Shown here: positions 56,812 through 64,000 of the stretch, piece by piece | Numbering within the stretch: the first letter of the stretch is position 1 | Layout of the letters: each line of letters begins with the position of its first letter | DNA from: Candidatus Binatia bacterium | GTDB lineage: Bacteria > Desulfobacterota > Binatia > HRBIN30 | Assembly: GCA_038245295.1 (NCBI GenBank) | Contig: JBBRSP010000008.1 | Coordinates: 177,985-241,984, forward strand | DNA length: 64,000 bases | Direction: 5' to 3' | The notes under the pieces: generated by a model | What the model saw: the letters and a program-made list of their open reading frames with translations, nothing else | What the model was told of the DNA's origin: nothing | Databases searched by the model: none | Program-made: the position numbers and the translations under genes

Positions 56812-59286
56812 CTACCGTGGCGTGAGGCGTGCGACGGCAACTACCGTCCCAGCCTGAAGCGGAGTCGTGCTGGCGAGGGCCACACGAACTCGACCCGTCT
56901 GCGAGTCGACCGCGTAGGCGAGCAGGGCGTGGGTGCCGGGCGCGCGTCTGATGCGCAGCGCCGGGATGGCTTCCCGGTCGAGGAAGAACTCTGCCTCGAT
57001 GGCGTTCGCCGTCTGCTGGAGACGGAGCTCGCGCGTCACGCCCCGTGCGGTCGGTATTGGCCGACTCCATTGCGCCACAGCGGCGGCGGCTCGCGCTGCG
57101 CTGCCCTGGGGTGGGATCCAATTGCCCGAGACGTCGCCGATGACCACGGCAGTGAAGTCCTGCTGCGTCGCTCCCGTTGCCAGACTTGGGTAGTTGATGG
57201 CACCCATGACGCACTGATTGGGGGAGATTTGCGGCACCGCTCCTTGGCCACCGCCGACCGGCGTCCCGAGGAATAGCCAATCCGATCCACAGCGTGTTGC
57301 CAACGGCAGAGCGGTGATGAGCCCAACGCGATATTGCAGGATGAGCGAAGCATCGATCGCCGACACGTTGCCGTCGCCACTGGCGTCGGCGGCGAGTCGT
57401 TCAAACGTGGTTGGAACACGCAAACCCGCGGCGATTTGCAGTGCGTAGACGGCATCGATCGAGGTGATCGCGCCGCCGATATCGCCCAATTTGGACGGAA
57501 CAGTTGACCAATCGCCGAAGCCGATGCTGTCGAAGGAGTAGGCGCCAGTCGTGTTCGACGTTGTGGTCTGCGGTGTCGGTCCCTGCAAAGTGACAAGAGC
57601 ACCGCTGACTGCTTGTCCCGCGCCGCCGAAGTAACGAATCGTACCGCTCAAGGCGCTTCGTACGCTCGGTGTCGGCGTCGGCGTGGCGGTGACGGATGCG
57701 GTGGCGGTGACGGTGGCGGTCGAATTGGGCGTCTCGCTTTGAGTGGGGCTCGCCGTGGCGGATGCGGTTGAGGTTTGCGTCCGTGTGGCGGTGGCGGTTG
57801 GAGTCGAGGCGGGGACAGAGTTGACGGCCGCCAGAATATCGAGACGTCCGTAACCGAAAGAGTTGTTGGGGATCGTACCACTGGTGACGCCGCCGCAGGT
57901 TTGTGGGGGATTGACGCCAAGGGTGGGGTCCGCCGAGCTCTGCAAGACTGTCTTGGTCGCGACGATATCGCGACGTAATTGCGGACGCGCCTCCCACAGT
58001 AGAGCGACGGCACCGGTCACATGCGGACCGGCCATCGAGGTACCGCTCAAGTTGGCATAGGTGTTGTTGGGCCAAGCCGAGCGCACGTTGACGCCCGGTG
58101 CAGAGATGTCGGGTTTGCGACGACCAGATCCATCGACGAGGACAGGCCCGCGACTTGAGAACGCCGCCAGCACATTGCTGATATCGTATGCCCCAACGGA
58201 GAATGATGAGGCATAGAGGGCCGGAGGATCATTGACCGTACTGCAATTTGATCCGGAGTTGCCGGCCGAGACTTCGACGAAGATCCCCGACGCTTCGGCC
58301 GCTTCAACGGCTGCCTTGAGCGTATTGGCCGCGCAGCCTTCACTCGGCGGGCATCCCCAGCTGTTGTTCATGACGTGCGGGCGCAAGGCGGCATCGGGGT
58401 TCAGACCATTTTGGTCGGTGGGTGCCAGAAAGAATTGGAAGCACTCCATGTAGGTTGTGGGCGTGCCGGTGCCGCGATCCATATTGCGACAACCGATCCA
58501 GCGCGCCTGTGGGGCCACACCGATCTGGTTGTTGACCGCGTCGTCACCAATGGTGGTGCCAAGGGTATGTGTTCCATGGCCGTTGTCGTCGCAGGGTGCC
58601 CCGGCATTGCTCCCGCAGGTTCCGCCGCCAGAATGGATCGAATCATGCCAATTGTAGTTGTGGTCGGCCATCGTGCCATTCCAACCGCGGTACTGACTCA
58701 GAACCGCGGGGTGATTCCACTGAAATCCGGTATCTTGATCGGCGACGACGATCCCTTGCCCCTTGAACCCCAGGGCCCATACCTGGGGCGCGCGAATATT
58801 ACTGATACCCCATTCGACGGTGGCGTTTGTCGATGCCGCTGAGAACTCAGCGGTGATCGGATCGTCAATTCCGGCCAACGGCGCATCTGATTCGATCCGC
58901 CCTACGTCGGCACGACCGGCAAGCTCGGCGATCAACTCGCTCGACGCACGCAAGGTGAGGGCGTTGGCAACCCAGAAGCTGCGGGCGCGAATGTGCTTCT
59001 GGCGCAAGGTGCGGCGCAGAGCCCGTTGGCTGCGGCGCGCTTGTCGTCGGAGCTCGTTGTAGACGTACCAACCGCGCGCGGCTTCGTCGGCGATGGATTG
59101 CGCCGCACTCAAGTCGCATTGATCCCGGAGCAAGACGACGACCGGCGCTCCACCGTCGCGCGCCATCTGACGAATTACGCTGGGGTCGATTTTTCGTGAG
59201 TCTTCTGATTCGGGCAGCTCCGCGAGTGCTGCGCGCGCGAGCGCGAGAAGGAGCGCTAAGGCGCGCAGCCAGTGATTTCCGAGCAT
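56812..59286 (-). CDS. Secreted S8 subtilase with Thr/Pro linker and dockerin-like domain
   Basis: Signal peptide, propeptide, DTG / HGTH / GTSMA triad, linker, ADASGDGNVSAIDA, GDVSGNW. Confidence 0.92.
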   Translation of the reverse strand: MLGNHWLRALALLLALARAALAELPESEDSRKIDPSVIRQMARDGGAPVVVLLRDQCDLSAAQSIADEAARGWYVYNELRRQARRSQRALRRTLRQKHIRARSFWVANALTLRASSELIAELAGRADVGRIESDAPLAGIDDPITAEFSAASTNATVEWGISNIRAPQVWALGFKGQGIVVADQDTGFQWNHPAVLSQYRGWNGTMADHNYNWHDSIHSGGGTCGSNAGAPCDDNGHGTHTLGTTIGDDAVNNQIGVAPQARWIGCRNMDRGTGTPTTYMECFQFFLAPTDQNGLNPDAALRPHVMNNSWGCPPSEGCAANTLKAAVEAAEASGIFVEVSAGNSGSNCSTVNDPPALYASSFSVGAYDISNVLAAFSSRGPVLVDGSGRRKPDISAPGVNVRSAWPNNTYANLSGTSMAGPHVTGAVALLWEARPQLRRDIVATKTVLQSSADPTLGVNPPQTCGGVTSGTIPNNSFGYGRLDILAAVNSVPASTPTATATRTQTSTASATASPTQSETPNSTATVTATASVTATPTPTPSVRSALSGTIRYFGGAGQAVSGALVTLQGPTPQTTTSNTTGAYSFDSIGFGDWSTVPSKLGDIGGAITSIDAVYALQIAAGLRVPTTFERLAADASGDGNVSAIDASLILQYRVGLITALPLATRCGSDWLFLGTPVGGGQGAVPQISPNQCVMGAINYPSLATGATQQDFTAVVIGDVSGNWIPPQGSAARAAAAVAQWSRPIPTARGVTRELRLQQTANAIEAEFFLDREAIPALRIRRAPGTHALLAYAVDSQTGRVRVALASTTPLQAGTVVAVARLTPR

Positions 59287-59409
59287 CTATCGTCGACATT
59301 CAAGGAATCACGCACCTATTGCAATGTTGAATCCGAACGCTGCGCCTGCCCGCTACCGAATTGCGTGCAACGGTTGCCAGCCTATCTACGATTCTTCCAT
59401 AATGGTTCA

Positions 59410-60147
59410 ATGATCTGGTTTCGCCTGACCGCTCTGCTCCTCGTCTTACTCCTGCCCGCAGTCGGTTCGGCGCGCTGGGAAGGTCCGTGGGACAACAAGA
59501 AGGTCGAGGCTCTCGAGTTGCTCGACATGAATGGGTTGTTCAATGAAGGCTATGAGGTCTGCGCCCGCCGTGCCGTGGTAGTGGCGACACCGCGTGACGA
59601 TGATCAGCTTGACCCGGTGTACTTCGCCGCGTGGGACTATCTGAGTATCATCGAAGGCGTCGTGCGCGAGAAGTCCGGCGGCCATTTGCCGACATGGATG
59701 CGCGAGCTGTCGTTTGCGCACACCACCAAGGACTGTCAGGAAATCTTCCGTAGCTTCGTGCACGGTGACGACATTGAGGCGGAAACGAAACCGGCTACCT
59801 CGGTTAGTACTCCTGCGGGCGCCGCCGCGGGCGCGACCGCAGCCCGTCCCAAGCCGACGCCGCTCTCGACCAAGCCGGTCGCACCGCGCCGGGCTGTGCG
59901 ACCGCGGCCTCCGGCCAAGAAACCTACCCCTTGGATCGAACCTCCACCACGTTGGATAGCGCCCCCCCTATCACACGAAGGTCATCCGACCCCGTTGCCG
60001 ACTCACGCTGCCGCGCCAATGCGACCGGCTCCGACCAAAGAGGAAGCGGCACGCCAGGCGGCACCTCTCAAAGCAGCGCCGGCCCCACGTCCAACCGCTG
60101 AGATCACGGATGACCTGCCGCCCTGGCTGATGCCGAAGCGGCATTGA
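59410..60147 (+). CDS. Secreted hypothetical protein with Pro/Ala-rich tail
   Basis: Signal peptide MIWFRLTALLLVLLLPAVGSA, small two-Cys domain, long low-complexity C-terminus. Confidence 0.6.
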   Translation: MIWFRLTALLLVLLLPAVGSARWEGPWDNKKVEALELLDMNGLFNEGYEVCARRAVVVATPRDDDQLDPVYFAAWDYLSIIEGVVREKSGGHLPTWMRELSFAHTTKDCQEIFRSFVHGDDIEAETKPATSVSTPAGAAAGATAARPKPTPLSTKPVAPRRAVRPRPPAKKPTPWIEPPPRWIAPPLSHEGHPTPLPTHAAAPMRPAPTKEEAARQAAPLKAAPAPRPTAEITDDLPPWLMPKRH

Positions 60148-60164
60148 TTAAGGCGGTTGCCTCT

Positions 60165-60854
60165 CTACTTCTGAAGGATTGTCTGGGCGCCCTTGGCAAA
60201 TTCTTTGGCTGCGGCATCGCTTCCTGATTCAGTCAGGTTGGGGATCTTAATCGGTACGGCGACACCACGCTCGCAGGCTGGTCGAGCGGCCATCTCGCCC
60301 AGCCAGCGTTGGAGGTGGTCGAGCCCGTCGATATTGACCCCGGACCACTTGTACGTTCGCACCCAAGACCAGTTGGCAATATCAGCGATCGAGTAGTTAC
60401 CCGCCAGCCATTGGTTGTCCGCCAGCTGCAAGTTCAGCACTTCGAACAGCCGGCGTGATTCGTTCTGGTAGCGATCAATGGCTGGTTGGATCTTCTCGGG
60501 AAAGTAGCGGAAGAAGACGTTGGCCTGACCCATCATTGGGCCGATGCCGCCCATCTGGAACATCAACCACTGCATTACCCGAGACCGGCCCTTGGCGTCG
60601 GTGGGCATCAGTTTGCCGGTCTTCTCGGCAAGATAAATGAGGATGGCGCCCGACTCGAACACGGCGAAGTTGTCGGCATCGCGATCGACGATGGCAGGAA
60701 TACGACCGTTCGGGTTGATCTTCAGGTACTCCGGACGTTTCTGGTCGCCGGTCAGAAGATTGATCGTGTGGACCTCGTACGGCAGCTCAAGCTCCTCGAG
60801 GGCGATGGAGGCTTTCCATCCGTTGGGGGTCGGTGCGGTGTAGAGATCAATCAT
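60165..60854 (-). CDS. Glutathione S-transferase (YfcG/Nu-class-like)
   Basis: [34 protein letters not shown]. Confidence 0.93.
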   Translation of the reverse strand: MIDLYTAPTPNGWKASIALEELELPYEVHTINLLTGDQKRPEYLKINPNGRIPAIVDRDADNFAVFESGAILIYLAEKTGKLMPTDAKGRSRVMQWLMFQMGGIGPMMGQANVFFRYFPEKIQPAIDRYQNESRRLFEVLNLQLADNQWLAGNYSIADIANWSWVRTYKWSGVNIDGLDHLQRWLGEMAARPACERGVAVPIKIPNLTESGSDAAAKEFAKGAQTILQK

Positions 60855-61052
60855 CGGCGGGCTCCTTTTCAAGCGTGTTGAGCACAGCGAAGCGGCTGGG
60901 TCGAGTCATTTCGTAGTCTTGCGGGGATTGGCCGCCTTGGTGGTCGTTGCCCTTTTTCCGGCCGGTGTTGCGCCATGAGATTCGCCATCGCTGGCTTTAG
61001 CCGCCGGATCGAGGCATGACTCCCGGATTTGCGTTGCGATGAGGAGGAAACG

Positions 61053-62018
61053 ATGGTGGCATTTCCGCAGGCGCGTCTGGTCGAGTTGCCCAATCAGGGT
61101 GTGACGCTGGCTGTATACGAGCAAGGCTCTGGTCCCGCGGTTGTTTTTTCGCACGGCTTTCCCGAACTGGCGTACTCGTGGCGTTATCAATTACCGGCTG
61201 TCGCTGCGGCCGGGTTTCGCGCCATTGCGCCGGATCAGCGTGGGTACGGTGCCAGCTCGCGCCCGCAAGCGATTAGCCAATATGGGATGCGCGAGTTGAC
61301 CGGCGACCTGGTGGCGATTCTCGACGCGTTCGAGATCGACAAGGCGATTTTTGTCGGTCACGACTGGGGTGGCCTGGTCGCCTGGGGCATGCCTGTTTTG
61401 CACCCGACGCGTGTGGCTGGCGTAGTCGGCATTTGTACCCCATACCTTCCGATGCCTCCCATCGATCTCATGCTGGCGATGGTGGATGGCGAAGTGGAGC
61501 GCCACTACATCGCCTGGTTCCAAGCGCCGGGCGTGGCGGAAGGCAAACTCGACAAGCTGGTGCCCCAGATGTTCGAGAAGCTGTTGCGTGGCGGTATGTC
61601 GATCGACGAGATGATGGCGCGGGCCTTTGTCGACGGGAAGTTGGATATGAATCCATTTCGGCGTATCGACGAGATGGAGCCGATGGGTCAGCCGATCGTC
61701 AGCCAGGAAGAGCTGCAGACGTATATCGACGCCTTCGAACGCACCGGCTTCGGGGGTGGGATTAATTGGTACCGCAACATCAGCCGCAACATTCAGGAGT
61801 ACCCCGAGATCGGCGTGCGCCCGCTGTCGATTCCTTGCCTGATGCTGACGGCCGAGTGGGACGCGGCGTTGCGTCCCGAATTCGCCGAGCCGATGAAGAG
61901 CCTGTGCTCCGATCTAGAGGTGCACATGATTCGACGCGCCGGCCACTGGGTTCAGCAGGAGTTCCCCAACGAGGTGAACCACCACCTCACCGATTGGTTG
62001 AAGCGGCGTTTCATTTAG
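61053..62018 (+). CDS. Epoxide hydrolase-like alpha/beta hydrolase
   Basis: HGFPE, DQRGYG, GHDWGG, NWYR, GHWVQQE. Confidence 0.92.
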   Translation: MVAFPQARLVELPNQGVTLAVYEQGSGPAVVFSHGFPELAYSWRYQLPAVAAAGFRAIAPDQRGYGASSRPQAISQYGMRELTGDLVAILDAFEIDKAIFVGHDWGGLVAWGMPVLHPTRVAGVVGICTPYLPMPPIDLMLAMVDGEVERHYIAWFQAPGVAEGKLDKLVPQMFEKLLRGGMSIDEMMARAFVDGKLDMNPFRRIDEMEPMGQPIVSQEELQTYIDAFERTGFGGGINWYRNISRNIQEYPEIGVRPLSIPCLMLTAEWDAALRPEFAEPMKSLCSDLEVHMIRRAGHWVQQEFPNEVNHHLTDWLKRRFI

Positions 62019-62054
62019 CGCCAGCCCCTTGTGAACCGCTTGGGTGGCCCAAAT

Positions 62055-63260
62055 TCAGGCGACGAGATGGCGCAGGTTTTCACGCATGATTCGTCGCACC
62101 GCATCCGCCTGCATTCCGTCGAGTTCTTCAAGGAACTCGACGGGCCACAGAAGCCCTTCCGGATGAGGATAGTCAGATCCGTTCAAAACGTGGTCGACGC
62201 CAATTCCGGCGGCCAGACCAACCACGTCGTCTTCGAAGAATGGCGCTACCCAGACGTTCTGCCGGAACATATCGCTAGGCGGCATGGGTGGCGCACCGAA
62301 GCGCCACATATCTTTGCTGTAGAGCCGGGCGATGTGATCGAGCTTCTTGATCAGCGGTAGGGCCCAGGAGGATCCGTACTCGACGCTCAGGACCTTGAGG
62401 CGTGGGAAACGCCCGAACACGTTGTCTGCGAGCAGTGCCGTCATTGTGTCGACCACGGGCCGTTCGGTGAACGACAAGGCATACTCCATCAGCGAGTGCC
62501 GATGTGATGGTGGGTGAGGTCGCAAGCCCCATGGCACGTTGTACATCTCGCTGAAGGGTGTGCGCCCGATGTGATAAACGATGTTGATTCCCGACTCTTC
62601 ACAGCGAGCCCAGAATGGATCGAAGAACGGATCACCGGGAGACCGGCCATCGATCGGGCCGGCGGTCAACACCATGAATCGCGCTCCTAACCCAAGCAGA
62701 CGGTCAAGCTCGCGGAGTGCTTCATCCAGGTCCACCAGGGAGTTCATCGCTGCCCCATAGATGCGGCCCTTGGCACCGTAGCCCCAGTCCTCTTCGACCC
62801 AACGATTGAACGCGCGCAGGCTCGGATACAACACGTCGCGGTGTTTGGCGGCGCGCAGCTGTGTCTCCACCCCGACGCCGGCCGTTGGCAGCATCAAGCA
62901 AGCTTCGACGTTTTGTTCATCCATCTTGCGCAGTCGCGCGCCGCGGTTGACGAACTCGGGGACGTGCAGGGCCTTGATGGGGCTGAGGCTAGGGCTTCCG
63001 CCGGTGTCACTCAAACCGCGCAAGAACTCCTTCATGATTCCAGGCGGCCCGACGCTGTCACCTACCCCGACACTGAAGAAATGACAGCGTTCGTCGCCGA
63101 CATACATGCGTCCGGCGCCCGTTGCAGAGCGATCAACCCACACCGTTCGTTGCTTATAGGCAGACTCGATATGGCGACTGAAACAGTCGTCGGGCTCGTA
63201 GTAGTGGTTGTCCGCGTCGCAAATCGCGTAGTCGAGTTTGGGTCTTGGCACAATCTGCAT
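62055..63260 (-). CDS. Amidohydrolase_2 family protein
   Basis: DADNHYYE, FDPFW, YH, GSDYPHPEG. Confidence 0.88.
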   Translation of the reverse strand: MQIVPRPKLDYAICDADNHYYEPDDCFSRHIESAYKQRTVWVDRSATGAGRMYVGDERCHFFSVGVGDSVGPPGIMKEFLRGLSDTGGSPSLSPIKALHVPEFVNRGARLRKMDEQNVEACLMLPTAGVGVETQLRAAKHRDVLYPSLRAFNRWVEEDWGYGAKGRIYGAAMNSLVDLDEALRELDRLLGLGARFMVLTAGPIDGRSPGDPFFDPFWARCEESGINIVYHIGRTPFSEMYNVPWGLRPHPPSHRHSLMEYALSFTERPVVDTMTALLADNVFGRFPRLKVLSVEYGSSWALPLIKKLDHIARLYSKDMWRFGAPPMPPSDMFRQNVWVAPFFEDDVVGLAAGIGVDHVLNGSDYPHPEGLLWPVEFLEELDGMQADAVRRIMRENLRHLVA

Positions 63261-63437
63261 GGCGCTGCCTTTCGCCGCGGAAGCCAGGGCTCCGCAGCAA
63301 CGATGCGACCGCAGAGTCTCATCGATCATATCTCGGTGCAACACGACCAGGTGCGACAGCCCGGCAAACCCGACGGAATTCCCTGATAACCCTCGCCCCT
63401 GAGACGAAAGCTCTCGTCCATTCAACAGGGGGTTCCT

Positions 63438-63740
63438 TTGAAACGTTTATCACAGCTCGCGTTTGCACTCGCGGCCACGGCTATCCTCAGTCCTGCCGCA
63501 TCTTTCGCCGCCACGGAGACCTGCCTTACCGGCACCGCAGCAGACGTGGTGAATGATTTTGGCCGGATTACCGCGGTTCGGACGATGGTCGATGCGACCG
63601 GCATCTGCTCCAACTTTGATGGCACCATTGGCACGACCCACCCCCACGCTCTCAAACGGCGACGCTTCACCGTTCTCAAGGCGATCGGCAAGGACACGCA
63701 GCGCAAGAGCTTGCGCTTTGGCCCGTGCCTGCTCCACTGA
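63438..63740 (+). pseudogene. Probably truncated secreted-protein gene
   Basis: AGGGGG RBS, TTG start, good signal peptide and plausible sequence to about 63640. The remainder is the antisense of hicB. Confidence 0.5.
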
Positions 63741-63830
63741 GTCCGCGTAAACGAGTACGCCAGGCAACTCGGAGACTTCCGCGATCCACCGACCGTCGTC
63801 TTCTCGATCGACTTCAACCTTGAAGTTCAT
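63450..63830 (-). CDS. hicB: HicB-family antitoxin (short form), apparently lacking its natural stop
   Basis: MNFKVEVDREDDGRWIAEVSELPGV...AQALALRVLADRLENGE, TGAGG RBS. After about aa 62 it reads into the antisense of the neighbouring gene. Confidence 0.75.
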   Translation of the reverse strand: MNFKVEVDREDDGRWIAEVSELPGVLVYADSVEQARAKAQALALRVLADRLENGEASPFESVGVGRANGAIKVGADAGRIDHRPNRGNPAKIIHHVCCGAGKAGLRGGERCGRTEDSRGRECKREL

Positions 63831-63860
63831 GTCGGCAACATACCTCAAACACACGCACAA

Positions 63861-63940
63861 GCCGAACGCTGCGGCTCAGGCGCGGCGGGCGCCAGTGAAA
63901 GTGTGCCTGGCACGCCGTCGCCTGCAGCCGTCTGTTCGGC
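63861..63940 (-). mobile_element. Integron attC-like recombination site
   Basis: Minus strand: GCCGAAC-5nt-GCTGCAGG-CG-A-CGGCG...CGCCG-CG-CCTGAGC-6nt-GTTCGGC. Shows R''/L''/L'/R' geometry with two extrahelical bases. Confidence 0.78.
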
Positions 63941-64000
63941 CCTCGGCCATCTCATCAGTTCAGCCACCAACATGATTCTGCATCGCGACGAACTCGATGA

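Noticed and set aside
63360..63420. GGCAAACC...GACGAAAGC resembling a c-di-GMP-I riboswitch or hammerhead core
   Set aside because: Lacks the GNRA-capped P2 stem, the P3 stem and the CUGANGA core with flanking helices.

Overview
GC-rich bacterial chromosomal window with about 60 genes and no rRNA, tRNA or CRISPR array recognised. Gene style (Thr/Pro linkers, dockerin-like tails, outer-membrane barrel, PlsB) suggests a diderm Deltaproteobacteria-like lineage such as Ca. Binatia; this is inference. Main content, left to right: (1) the 3' part of lon, then glgA. (2) A minus-strand cluster of inactive transglutaminase-7TM, RimK-like ATP-grasp ligase, CPBP protease and GT39 glycosyltransferase. 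(3) Acyl-CoA dehydrogenase, lipase and plsB. (4) A b6f-like Rieske/split cytochrome b operon with a heme-ci-type Cys, three small membrane ORFs, a coiled-coil octaheme cytochrome c and a type-1 copper protein, followed by ctaA-ctaB. (5) A PQQ-propeller lipoprotein coupled to a CxxxCH/dockerin protein. (6) A ZMP/ZTP riboswitch with an overlapping terminator ahead of class V aminotransferase-serA-purA. (7) A YVTN lipoprotein / TPR-beta-barrel / FecR operon. (8) A complete alternative complex III plus A2-type caa3 oxidase operon. (9) Molybdopterin oxidoreductase, glgP, diiron protein, a second SCO/cox3 pair, rfbC, thioesterases, a dockerin-bearing S8 protease, GST, epoxide hydrolase and amidohydrolase. 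(10) At the right edge, an integron attC-like site followed by a HicB-like cassette that collides with a truncated secreted-protein gene. Several REP-like palindromes are present. All calls come from motif reading by eye, with no database searches.
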